Source: an uncultured Planctomycetales bacterium (GTDB lineage: Bacteria > Omnitrophota > Gorgyraeia > Zapsychrales > Fredricksoniimonadaceae). Taken from it: a stretch of 64,000 nucleotides of DNA. The notes beneath the pieces were generated by a model, which was given only the letters and a program-made list of their open reading frames with translations, ran no database searches and had not been told where the DNA came from. The position numbers were made by a program, and so were the translations under genes. Position 1 is the stretch's first letter. Each line of letters starts with the position of its first letter. This document shows, in pieces, positions 39,001 through 47,459 of this stretch. Location: positions 291,552-355,551 of the forward strand of contig CAZOXU010000001.1 in the NCBI GenBank assembly GCA_964583975.1. Reading direction: 5' to 3'.

Positions 39001-40745
39001 TCTGATGTAATTTGATCTGTTGGCTCCTCATTAATAAACTGATCAACAACTACAGATGGGGTGAGCTTTACTACGTCACTTTGTAGCGATTCAACTTTTT
39101 CTTCTAACTTTTTCAGCAATTGATTCAAAACTGCCAATTCTCCAACCAATTTATTGCCTGCGCCTTGAACTCGTCGCAAAGCTCTGACATTTTCTCGATC
39201 CTTCAACATTAATCTTGTTGCACGAATAACTGTCAATATTTGCTGACGCTTTTCAGCATCCCCTATCGCAAGACGCTTCAAATCGATACCACGAAACACA
39301 TTAGAAACCGCAGCAATTCTTGCCAAAATTGATTGAAAAAGGAGAACGTCTTTACCATTTCCGCTGATCGCACCTTCCATACTTGTAATAACACTGTCGA
39401 ATTTTATATTTAACGTTCTGATCAAATCCTCTGAATCTTCTTCAGCCTTTGTCATCGCCGCATCAGCCTCAGACTTCTCTGCTAATACAGCTTCTACAGC
39501 ATCTAACTTTCCCGCCTCGGTAGTCAGGATCGGCGTTGCCATAGCAGAATCGGTTGTTGTGCGCATTACCTTTCCATATTCATTCTTTGTTCCACCTGAA
39601 AAATACTTCCTTGGCACGGGCTGATGGGTGAATCGGTCGGTGTCTTCTTTAATATAGTTAAATACACCCTTCTTATAAGCCTTAATGTATTGCTGATAAA
39701 TGGCTTCATTGTTCTTAGGATCTTGATTAATACCGTTAACCTTGGCTTTGTTAGCATAGATCTTGCTTAATAGAGATTCCTTCAAAGCTCGCTTGTACCA
39801 GGCTGCTAAAATCATGCCGCTATACACCTGACGAAGCATGACAAAGTTCTTGCCTTCATTGACTTCTTTTTCAAGGGCTGGAAGTACTATTTCACGGACG
39901 ATTTGGGAGCCGATTTGATTGGTTTCCGTAGGGGCAGGCCCCTGTGCCTGCCCTTCTTGAGGGCGACCACGGGGGGGCGCCCCTACAGCATTTTTATTCA
40001 TAGCCATGTAATCCTCTTCTAGCATCACCTTCAAATGATTCTTTAACACATACGCTGTATTACCAGATTCATACACCGTGGCATCATCTGGCACAATCCA
40101 TACCTTATTAAAGGTATTAACTGGAATCTCTGTGCTGCCAAATTGCTGCTGAGCTTGGGTATACACCTTATCCCAGAACTTCTTACCTAACTCATCTTCA
40201 GGGTATATTAAAGAAGCAGTGATTTGCTTTAATAGGTAGTCTTGAGCTAATAAATCCCGGCCCATCTCAGTCTTACCAAAGTCTTCTTCTACGATACGGT
40301 TCTTTTCATAGGGTGATAGGTTGACCCATTGATTCTCATCAGGCACGGCTAAAGAAGCCATAAAGTACTTAATTAAATTCTTATAAGCGATTTGTTTATC
40401 TTGATCAGATAGACTTTCATCACCTTTGTAGATGATGAAGTCGAATTTAAGAGGATTTTCAGGATGAATAACTAAACCTTTAAGATGTGCAGGGGTGAAT
40501 TCAGGGCTTAGAGCAACTCTGACTCCTGGACTTGGCATCCATGGCATCGAACCAGCAGCCACTTGAGAATAAGCAGGCCGTTGAATGGAAGTACTAAGAA
40601 AAGTCACTAAAATGGTGATAGAAATAAACTTACGAATGGTCATAAAAACCCTTCTTCCTGAGGTATAAATAGTAAATTTGGGGTCAAAAATTCTACACTT
40701 CTTGAAATATGCGGCAAGTATGCCATGGGAAAAGCGCTTTGTCAA
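36090..40745 (-). CDS. Giant secreted modular protein (probable start 40642, ~1517 aa) with coiled-coil repeats, recurrent D-[SA]-A-M-x motif, and a C-terminal acyl-carrier-protein-like domain
   Basis: Long single ORF. Signal peptide follows the internal Met (MTIRKFISITILVTFLSTSIQRPAYS), which is preceded by AGGAAG. Carries a palindromic-element insertion at 39928-39986. The ACP-like segment is FSVDSQDVIVLMIELEDSFNIRIPNDKTASLRTVGDIVQYV. Confidence 0.7.
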   Translation of the reverse strand: MTKRFSHGILAAYFKKCRIFDPKFTIYTSGRRVFMTIRKFISITILVTFLSTSIQRPAYSQVAAGSMPWMPSPGVRVALSPEFTPAHLKGLVIHPENPLKFDFIIYKGDESLSDQDKQIAYKNLIKYFMASLAVPDENQWVNLSPYEKNRIVEEDFGKTEMGRDLLAQDYLLKQITASLIYPEDELGKKFWDKVYTQAQQQFGSTEIPVNTFNKVWIVPDDATVYESGNTAYVLKNHLKVMLEEDYMAMNKNAVGAPPRGRPQEGQAQGPAPTETNQIGSQIVREIVLPALEKEVNEGKNFVMLRQVYSGMILAAWYKRALKESLLSKIYANKAKVNGINQDPKNNEAIYQQYIKAYKKGVFNYIKEDTDRFTHQPVPRKYFSGGTKNEYGKVMRTTTDSAMATPILTTEAGKLDAVEAVLAEKSEADAAMTKAEEDSEDLIRTLNIKFDSVITSMEGAISGNGKDVLLFQSILARIAAVSNVFRGIDLKRLAIGDAEKRQQILTVIRATRLMLKDRENVRALRRVQGAGNKLVGELAVLNQLLKKLEEKVESLQSDVVKLTPSVVVDQFINEEPTDQITSDELQAAADYLEDGIADRTLTELKYVKALGAIKDAMKTKKDAAMAAKPRLKKMSPLQIFDLAVSKNYKTALQTIYLSSLWAAHHAIGVAIVDSFLLSSRQRKRIAKQITNDKKIMQRIWDEILRRDSAMAAQKSSQAIADAQKKVEELEGQFDGLNRELAIARAEDKFAKMTDLEAALRKTEKSLLRAQEELNLLQGFDAAMDVVTLRNGSQASKEVVDSTMEKLRGVLNQTLGALTLADLEDLARSPDFKIYDGPKATLQKAGLINTDSSIDPDIRNIVLSAIEAKGIDTKLVSPIKEGQGVVTTAKADAAMANRSDLQISPSVRKGQLEAQQRELQAQIDSLQKELELDRTKADSLRPQIAALQIQLERIKVNILALLPEIDNGRDDSDAAMSGELPPQARLEAGINQSNLGAAKLLTASKQKGELEQRQRSIQAQIDSFQRELDAEYAKNTAAAGVNVVANPSIISRLRVQIDVLKRELENVKAEINTAWAEISNATGSGDAAMRGELPQTSLDNLLKQQGKINDRIAQERKLMNAAAVQNNESDRLQHAMEIETLQRELDSLDTAIHQAQAEIGRPDQDDHQARFVDEAMIAITKIKIPLWREAFDQLVNAPDFNGLQEQKMAFTGKKTGVLQATSGEVDVFYNYQNANYWMIGFNKIHTSVSWSSGKLKISRDGKADLEISQNNDPMVAFERYLSEGVENTTIVLSDDAFQRITAAELLTQEGALSIVAEKLNIEVISKTDYRRKLQNKESELSAQRVKVNVDYVSALGRGYGAQQGGAYSPTVLGNQLQKLDQEIKAIKDQINALYDSAMTTKSEGVRQKVHEAIKKVVPSLDHIEFKDTDDLQKDFSVDSQDVIVLMIELEDSFNIRIPNDKTASLRTVGDIVQYVTDKISDSAMATKGGIDFNAANLNLQIKRDGAGVPLPISQQNLENIHIDGLVPVIMEIRPAITLPMFSQLQKNTQLAKG
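39928..39986. repeat. Family II nested-palindrome element, copy B (59 bp), in-frame inside the giant ORF
   Basis: Nearly identical to copy A (differs by about 2 nt, in the second hairpin). Encodes PPRGRPQEGQAQGPAPT. Confidence 0.9.
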
Positions 40746-40751
40746 GCTGGC

Positions 40752-41996
40752 TTAAATAGCCTCTTTATTAATCATTCCTGCTAATTTAATCGGTAAAATG
40801 GCTTTCAGTCGAATGCCTTTAACTAAATACTTGACCTCCAAAACCTGTCCCTGGGCGTAAGCGCTGTTAACTAAATCCATACGTGATTTCTCTAATAGAA
40901 CATCCACCTCGATCGAACGCTCGCCTAAAGCTTCTTCAATCGTTAATAGCAGTGAATGGATGTTCTGACCCTTTAAAGCTGAAACAGCCACCATCCAAGG
41001 ATAATCATTCTTAAATTCCAGCAAACGTTTCTGGTCCTCAAGCAGGTCAACTTTATTGAGAACTAAAACAGTAGGTTTATCAAGCACTTGCAGTTCTTTC
41101 AATACAGCGTTTACTGCCAAATAGAAATTTTTATACTGAGGATTACTGATATCCATCACGTGTAAAAGCAAATCAGCTTGTTGGACCTCCTCCAGCGTCG
41201 CCTTAAAAGCTTCAATCAGACCGTGCGGCAAGTCATGCATAAATCCAACCGTATCAGTCAACACCACCTTACGATGATCTGGCAAGGAAGTCTGACGCGA
41301 CAAAGAATCCAAGGTCGTGAAAAGTCCATCATGTGTACGTGTAGCCGCATCGGTTATGGTATTGAGCAAGGTACTTTTACCTGCATTGGTATAGCCCACC
41401 AGAGCAATCGTGGGCACAAGCTGTTCTTGACGCTTCTTGCGCTTAACCTGCCGGGATAGGCTTACTTGCTTAAGGTCTTTGGTAAGCTTGGTAATGCGAG
41501 CGGCAATGCGGCGTCGGTCAACTTCCAGCTTGGTTTCACCAGGCCCTGAGGTTCCAATACCACCACCCTGCCTCGACATTTCAGCCCCATGACCAGTTAA
41601 GCGAGGCAGACGATACTGAAGTTGCGCTAACTCAACTTGCATTTTACCTTCCATGCTCTTGGCATTACGGGCAAAAATCTCTAAGATTAACTGCGTACGG
41701 TCTATCGTCTTGACCCCAAAGTCTGCCTCGAGATTTCGCTGCTGCACGCCTTTTAAATCATAGCTTATAATCACACAATCAACACCCCCTAAGGCACAAA
41801 TAGCAGTTATCTCCTCCACCTTACCGTGGGTAATCAAATGAGAAGCCGTAGGCGGAATGGCTTTACAAAAAACTGTCTGAACAACTTCACCTGAACACGA
41901 ATGAATGAGATCAGTCATTTCAGCAGCTTCATCCTGGGGAGTCCAGTTGCTGCGCTGATTTAAGGTGACGATCACTAAAAGTATTTTTTCTCGCAT
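40752..41996 (-). CDS. hflX: GTPase HflX
   Basis: HflX N-domain plus G-domain motifs GYTNAGKST, DTVGF, NKVD. Confidence 0.9.
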   Translation of the reverse strand: MREKILLVIVTLNQRSNWTPQDEAAEMTDLIHSCSGEVVQTVFCKAIPPTASHLITHGKVEEITAICALGGVDCVIISYDLKGVQQRNLEADFGVKTIDRTQLILEIFARNAKSMEGKMQVELAQLQYRLPRLTGHGAEMSRQGGGIGTSGPGETKLEVDRRRIAARITKLTKDLKQVSLSRQVKRKKRQEQLVPTIALVGYTNAGKSTLLNTITDAATRTHDGLFTTLDSLSRQTSLPDHRKVVLTDTVGFMHDLPHGLIEAFKATLEEVQQADLLLHVMDISNPQYKNFYLAVNAVLKELQVLDKPTVLVLNKVDLLEDQKRLLEFKNDYPWMVAVSALKGQNIHSLLLTIEEALGERSIEVDVLLEKSRMDLVNSAYAQGQVLEVKYLVKGIRLKAILPIKLAGMINKEAI

Positions 41997-41998
41997 AG

Positions 41999-42063
41999 AA
42001 AATTAGGGACAACCCCCTATTTTATCCTTTCACTTAAGAAAATAGGGAGTTGTCCCTAATTTT
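41999..42063. repeat. Family III palindromic element, copy 1 (65 bp): AAATTAGGGACAACCCCCTATTTT ... AAAATAGGGAGTTGTCCCTAATTT
   Basis: Hairpin with an ~20-bp stem; stem differs from copies 2/3 by paired changes (ACCC/GAGT vs GCGC). Encodes the last 8 codons plus stop of miaA. Lies 2 nt upstream of the hflX start. Confidence 0.85.
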
Positions 42064-42981
42064 ATTCACAATATCTGATATTGAATCTTCCATTACAATC
42101 CAATTAATACGTCGATCCCGCCTAAACCAAGTCATCTGACGTTTGACATAATGACGGGTGTTAAGTTTCATCTGATACTTAGCCTGCTGTAGATCATATT
42201 GTCCTTGCAGGTACCCTTGGATTTCTGGCACGCCGATTAACGTTCGAGCAGTTGGGCTTAATGACTTCTTAGTAATCTGTTCAATTTCCTCAACCAATCC
42301 CTTCTCAAACATCGCTTCAATGCGATCTTCGGCTCGGCTATAAAGTTCTGGTCTGGGCCGCTCTAATCCAACTATTTTGATCTCACAGCTACCCCATAGC
42401 CCCTGGCGTCTTTGCTGTAAAGCAGAAAATGGTTTTTGCGTAATCTCAATGACCTCAAGGGCCCGCACAATGCGCTTGGCATCATTGCTATGAATCTTAG
42501 CCGCTGCCTGCGGATCTAACTCTTTCAAACGTTGATACAAAGCTTCTGTTCCTTCTTTTTTAATCTGGCGCTCGAGCTTCTCTCTGAGGGCATCATCCTT
42601 AGCTGCTTCATCGAAAATTCCATCGAGCAGCACTGAGATATACATTCCGCTCCCTCCCACCACGATAGGAGTTTTATTTTTCTTGTGAATCGATTCAATC
42701 GCCTGTAAGGCCGCCTTGCGATAGCGAGCTACATCAAAGTCCTCTGTCACTGAAACCAGATTAAGGCAATGATGTTTTACAGCTTTTAATTCATCCGGGG
42801 TTGGTTTGGCACTAGCGATATCGATTTCTTTGTAGACTTGCATCGCATCACACGACACAATTTCACTTTTGAATTGCTTCGCTAGCGCGAGGGCTACAGC
42901 AGTCTTACCAACAGCAGTGGGACCTACAATAAATATAATTGATTGATTTTTTCTGATCACTGACCACTGATCACTGTTCAC
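42034..42981 (-). CDS. miaA: tRNA dimethylallyltransferase MiaA
   Basis: P-loop GPTAVGKT, typical MiaA length (315 aa). Confidence 0.9.
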   Translation of the reverse strand: MNSDQWSVIRKNQSIIFIVGPTAVGKTAVALALAKQFKSEIVSCDAMQVYKEIDIASAKPTPDELKAVKHHCLNLVSVTEDFDVARYRKAALQAIESIHKKNKTPIVVGGSGMYISVLLDGIFDEAAKDDALREKLERQIKKEGTEALYQRLKELDPQAAAKIHSNDAKRIVRALEVIEITQKPFSALQQRRQGLWGSCEIKIVGLERPRPELYSRAEDRIEAMFEKGLVEEIEQITKKSLSPTARTLIGVPEIQGYLQGQYDLQQAKYQMKLNTRHYVKRQMTWFRRDRRINWIVMEDSISDIVNKIRDNSLFS

Positions 42982-42986
42982 TGTGT

Positions 42987-43739
42987 TTACGGATAGATAA
43001 GAGTTGGATATCCTAACTGGGCTAATCTAGCCTCCAAAGTAAGGGCATCCGACAAAGAAGTCATTTGTCCGACACGTACTCGGTAAAATTTCTTCCCATC
43101 ATTAGCAATGGTTTCAATAATATAGGCGTATTGGCCCTTGGCTTTTAATTGTTCGAGTAAATTCTGGGCCCTGTCTCTGTCTAAAAACGAACCTACCTGG
43201 ACAGCAAAATATTCCTTTTCTTCCATTAAACTGCGCGCTGAGGATGCTTCTAAACTATCAGGAAACTCTTTCATGATTTTTTGAAGGTAATCCTTGGCCT
43301 GGCCCCATTGAGTCAATTTCAAATAGGTACGTGCTAGCTTTAAATAAATAATGCTCATAAATGACGAGTGTGGACTTCTATTTAAAAGCTTCTGTCCTTC
43401 TTGCAAGGCTTCCTTATAAAATCCACTAACAAATAAAGCTTCCATCATGCCGAGGGCTGCTCGATCATACAGATCTTGTGAATCAGTTGCTGACATAACA
43501 ATCTGAAAAGCACTTCTAGCAGATACGTATTGCCCTAATCGCAATTGACTTAAGCCCAAATAATATTCAATCTGAGCTCGTTCTTTGGGATCCTTGGATG
43601 CTTTTAACTCTTTGGTAGCTAGGTCACTTACTTGTTCGTACTTTTTATCCATGATGGCTGCTTCCATATCCGCAACCGAGGCATAGACAGGCGCCAACGA
43701 TAAACATACAGCGATTAGAGTATAGAAAAATCTTCTCAT
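42987..43739 (-). CDS. TPR-repeat protein with C-terminal SPOR (septal peptidoglycan-binding) domain
   Basis: Signal peptide, TPR repeats, and a C-terminal FAVQVGSF...YRVRVG SPOR signature. Confidence 0.55.
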   Translation of the reverse strand: MRRFFYTLIAVCLSLAPVYASVADMEAAIMDKKYEQVSDLATKELKASKDPKERAQIEYYLGLSQLRLGQYVSARSAFQIVMSATDSQDLYDRAALGMMEALFVSGFYKEALQEGQKLLNRSPHSSFMSIIYLKLARTYLKLTQWGQAKDYLQKIMKEFPDSLEASSARSLMEEKEYFAVQVGSFLDRDRAQNLLEQLKAKGQYAYIIETIANDGKKFYRVRVGQMTSLSDALTLEARLAQLGYPTLIYP

Positions 43740-43740
43740 C

Positions 43741-44880
43741 TTATCCTTTTAAGGCTTGATCCAAATCGGCAATCAGATCATCCGCATCTTCAATACCCAC
43801 TGAAATACGGACAGTTTCCTTGGTAATCCCTGAAGCTTTAAGACCTTGCTCACCCATCGAAGCATGACTCATGAACCAGGGTGTTTCTGCTAAAGATTCA
43901 ACGCCTCCTAATGATTCAGCAAGGGCAAAATATTTAAGCTTCTTAAAGAAGGTATTTAAAGACACTCGCTTAGTATTGAGTTCAAAAGCTAACATAGCCC
44001 CAAAACCCTTCATCTGTCGTCGAATCAAATCTCCCTGAGGATGAGAAGCAAGGCCGGTATAATAGACTTTCTTCACATTGCGATGACTTTCTAAAAAATG
44101 GGCAATCTTCATCGCATTAGCTTGATGAGCCTCCATGCGAGGCACCAGGGTCTTCACCCCACGCAAAACAAGCCAGGCATCATAAGGTGACTGGGAAACT
44201 CCCAAGGCATTGACGATATAGCGTCCGCGTTCTTGCAATTGTTTATTTGCATAAATGATGGCTCCACCCACCACATCGCTATGGCCATTAAGATATTTAG
44301 TGGTCGAATGAACAACAATATCTACCCCAAACTCTAAAGGTTTCTGAAAATATGGTGACAAGAATGTATTGTCCACCACGGAAATAGCCTTGGCTTTTTT
44401 GGCAATAGCCACAACAGCCTGGATATCAACAATGTTAAGTAAAGGATTCGATGGTGTTTCAATCCAAATCATCTTTGTGTTTTTCTTGACTGCAGCTTTG
44501 ACTTTCTTGAGATCTCTCATATTAATGAAAGAAAAATCAAAGCCCATGGGTTTAAGGACAGCATTAAATAAACGATAGGTGCCACCATAGATATCATCAC
44601 CGGTGATAATATGATCGCCTGGCTTTAAGAAAAACATAACCGCTGTGATGGCTGACATTCCAGTTGAGGTAGTTGAACAATTAACTCCACCTTCTAAGGC
44701 AGCAATGTTAGCCTCTAGCGCAGCTCGGGTTGGATTACCGCTTCGAGTGTAATCAAAGCCTTTGTTCTTGCCAATTTCATCAAAGAAAAATGTAGAGGTT
44801 GGATAAATCGGAGTGATTACGGAATTAAATGTTTTGTCAATGTTGACACCGGTGTGCACGGCTTTTGTGCGAATTTTCAT
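43741..44880 (-). CDS. PLP-dependent trans-sulfuration enzyme (cystathionine gamma-synthase/beta-lyase family)
   Basis: PLP-lysine motif VVHSTTKYLNGHSDVVGG; 379 aa. Confidence 0.8.
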   Translation of the reverse strand: MKIRTKAVHTGVNIDKTFNSVITPIYPTSTFFFDEIGKNKGFDYTRSGNPTRAALEANIAALEGGVNCSTTSTGMSAITAVMFFLKPGDHIITGDDIYGGTYRLFNAVLKPMGFDFSFINMRDLKKVKAAVKKNTKMIWIETPSNPLLNIVDIQAVVAIAKKAKAISVVDNTFLSPYFQKPLEFGVDIVVHSTTKYLNGHSDVVGGAIIYANKQLQERGRYIVNALGVSQSPYDAWLVLRGVKTLVPRMEAHQANAMKIAHFLESHRNVKKVYYTGLASHPQGDLIRRQMKGFGAMLAFELNTKRVSLNTFFKKLKYFALAESLGGVESLAETPWFMSHASMGEQGLKASGITKETVRISVGIEDADDLIADLDQALKG

Positions 44881-44944
44881 ACCTACTCCATTAATAAATG
44901 GTTAAAGAACTCTTCAAACGGCCGGTATTCTAACATAAAAATTT

Positions 44945-45616
44945 TTATTGGGCACGGCTTAATTCAAACACAAAACCCTTAACGCGGCCGGTCACAGGAT
45001 CTTTGACCTTTGAGGTCATTCGGGCTATCTCTTCTGTCGAACACTCGTCTTCAAATTTCACCACCAGCCGGCGGCTAGGCTTAGAGCGGTTATGGACCTT
45101 GGCTACAGGTTCCTGGCCCAAAAAACAACCCTTGGTATACGAGGTAAATTTAAACTCATCGATATTTAGAATAAATTCATCCGCCTGAAAATCTCCGCCG
45201 GAGACGGATCCGCCTTTGGCGGAAACGCCCATCAAAGGGATTTTTCTTTCAAGTCGAAAGAGGGTAAATTCCTCATCAGAAACATTACTTTCTGTTATTT
45301 CATTTGAGAAAACCACGCGGCCTGAATCGATATTCATATACGACCGATACTCTGCCGATGGGATAAGGCTTGTATGATTAAGCTTAGCATAGCGCTCAAG
45401 ATGTTTTAACAACGCCTCGTTAGCCACTTGAGGTACGCTTAATAAAAAGTGATCTTCCGATCGCTTTTCTTGGGCGCAGGTGGCAATGACCCGGCCATGT
45501 TGATTTAAAAAGGCATTAAAAGGCTGATCTAGTGAATTAGACGTCAGGCCGTTTAAGAATTTCTCAGCATTGCCGCTAACTTCTAAGACAATATCATCAA
45601 GTTTGTATAGTCGCAT
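44945..45616 (-). CDS. YgfZ/GcvT-like folate-binding protein
   Basis: Conserved KGCFLGQE motif of the YgfZ family. Confidence 0.5.
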   Translation of the reverse strand: MRLYKLDDIVLEVSGNAEKFLNGLTSNSLDQPFNAFLNQHGRVIATCAQEKRSEDHFLLSVPQVANEALLKHLERYAKLNHTSLIPSAEYRSYMNIDSGRVVFSNEITESNVSDEEFTLFRLERKIPLMGVSAKGGSVSGGDFQADEFILNIDEFKFTSYTKGCFLGQEPVAKVHNRSKPSRRLVVKFEDECSTEEIARMTSKVKDPVTGRVKGFVFELSRAQ

Positions 45617-45618
45617 AT

Positions 45619-45687
45619 AAATTAGGGACAGCGCCCTATTTCACCCTATTTTTTCTTGCTTGCTAAATAGGGCGCTGTCCCTAATTT
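45619..45687. repeat. Family III palindromic element, copy 2 (69 bp): AAATTAGGGACAGCGCCCTATTT caccctattttttcttgcttgct AAATAGGGCGCTGTCCCTAATTT
   Basis: Perfect 23-bp inverted arms. Provides the cca C-terminus KLGTAPYLASKKK plus stop. Abuts the start of the downstream gene. Confidence 0.9.
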
Positions 45688-47052
45688 AGCTGCCAACACC
45701 AACGCTTCTTGTTTCGTAGCTATCTTCCCCAATGCTTGAGCCTCTTGAACTTCAGATAGAATCTTCGTAAATAGCGGCGATGGTTTTAATTTAAGCTTTT
45801 TGATTAAATCATGCCCCGTCAACAAACGTACCAGAGGTTTCTGATTTTGACTGTCGATAAAACGCTCGATCACCTGCCAGCAGGTTTTACGATGATGCTC
45901 ACTCTTGGCCTTCTTGGTCAAAGGCCCACGTGTGGCTCGCTGATCAGCGAGCGCTAAAAGTAAAACACTTAAAGCTTCCTGCTTTGTATCACGCAAAAAA
46001 CGAAAAACCATTCGCTCGGAAGGTTGTTTAAAATTTGACATATATCCTGGGCGCAAATGCCAGGCCACCATATCTTCTAAGAAATATCGCTCCTTGACCG
46101 CCAACTTTAAATGTTTAGCCACAATGCGGGTGATATCAGCCCCCACCTTTTCATGACCATGAAAGGTCATGCGGTCTTTTTCTTTTTTCTTGGTGTCAGG
46201 TTTACCGATATCATGCAACAGACAAGCAAACTTCAACAACGCATATCGCTTGTGATTGGCTGCAATTTCTTCTTGGAGATAATTTTGAATAAATGGATCT
46301 TCGATTTCGAGAGCTAACAGTTCAAACTGACGTACCACCTCGAGCGAATGCTTCCAAACATCCAGATGATGATATCCGCCTTGATGAACGCCTTCCATCA
46401 CACCGAGTTGGGGCATGATCTTTTGCAGTAATCCTGCTTTGTGCATCAAAACAATGGTCTCAACCGTTCTGCTAGAAGCTAAAACCTTAAACCATTCTTC
46501 TCGAACCCGCTCGACCGAAACCTTACTTATGCGACTAATATCTTTTTGAATCTGCTTAAAAGTCTTAGCTTCGATCTTAAATCCCAACTGAGCCGATAAA
46601 CTAAAGGCTCGCATTAGTCTCAGCGGATCATCAGCAAAAGCCCGGGACGCGACCATCCTGATAGTCTTTGATTTCAGATCTTTAGTGGCCCCACGATAAT
46701 CCAATATCTTCGTATCATTAATACTCTGGCATAAGGTATTGATCGTAAAATCACGTAGGGCTACATCCTTCTGCAGTGATTCAGCACGAAAATCAGAAAA
46801 ATCATAGGTCCACAGTTGCCCTTCTTCTTTTTTGACAACCCGTCCGCACGGATGTTCTTCATCTAAAAGAACAAAAGCCCCTTTGATCTTTTTAGCAAAG
46901 GCCCGAGCCAGTTCGATTGCATTCTTCGAGACCGTAAAATCAAAATCAAAACCTTCGCGGTTTAAATATTGGTCGCGTAAACGGCCGCCAACCAAATAAA
47001 CCGAAACTCGGCCTCGAGCTGCTAATGTTTGGATAGTAGATAAATACTTCAT
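45646..47052 (-). CDS. cca: CCA-adding tRNA nucleotidyltransferase / poly(A) polymerase family with HD domain
   Basis: Pol-beta nucleotidyltransferase N-terminus YLVGGRLRDQYL..DFDF and HD motif LLHDIGKP. Confidence 0.75.
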   Translation of the reverse strand: MKYLSTIQTLAARGRVSVYLVGGRLRDQYLNREGFDFDFTVSKNAIELARAFAKKIKGAFVLLDEEHPCGRVVKKEEGQLWTYDFSDFRAESLQKDVALRDFTINTLCQSINDTKILDYRGATKDLKSKTIRMVASRAFADDPLRLMRAFSLSAQLGFKIEAKTFKQIQKDISRISKVSVERVREEWFKVLASSRTVETIVLMHKAGLLQKIMPQLGVMEGVHQGGYHHLDVWKHSLEVVRQFELLALEIEDPFIQNYLQEEIAANHKRYALLKFACLLHDIGKPDTKKKEKDRMTFHGHEKVGADITRIVAKHLKLAVKERYFLEDMVAWHLRPGYMSNFKQPSERMVFRFLRDTKQEALSVLLLALADQRATRGPLTKKAKSEHHRKTCWQVIERFIDSQNQKPLVRLLTGHDLIKKLKLKPSPLFTKILSEVQEAQALGKIATKQEALVLAAKLGTAPYLASKKK

Positions 47053-47453
47053 TGAGGATTCATGACTGATTTTTCTAATACATCTTCAGCCACAAAAATA
47101 GGAGCCTTAAAACGCACCGCCATGGCAATGCTATCTGAGGGACGGGCGTCGATTAACTTAACCTCACCCTCTTTAGTTTTGACTTCGATCTTGGCAAAAT
47201 AGGTATTCTGCACAAGCTTATCAATCAAGATGCGTTCAATCTTGGCACCCAAGGTTTCTATCACTTGAGACAAAAGATCATGTGTCATGGGACGAGGAAC
47301 TTCTAATCCGGTGACCTTGATTTTGATGCTGGAGGCTTCCATAAAACCAATCACAATAGGGATCTGACGATCGCCATTTTTTTCTTTTAAGACAATCACC
47401 TGATCTTGGCGCTTCTCATCAATAATAATGCGAGCTAATTCCATTCGGATCAT
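47049..47453 (-). CDS. Bifunctional-nuclease (DUF151) family protein
   Basis: 134-aa BFN-domain-like sequence. Confidence 0.5.
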   Translation of the reverse strand: MIRMELARIIIDEKRQDQVIVLKEKNGDRQIPIVIGFMEASSIKIKVTGLEVPRPMTHDLLSQVIETLGAKIERILIDKLVQNTYFAKIEVKTKEGEVKLIDARPSDSIAMAVRFKAPIFVAEDVLEKSVMNPQ

Positions 47454-47459
47454 ATCGAG

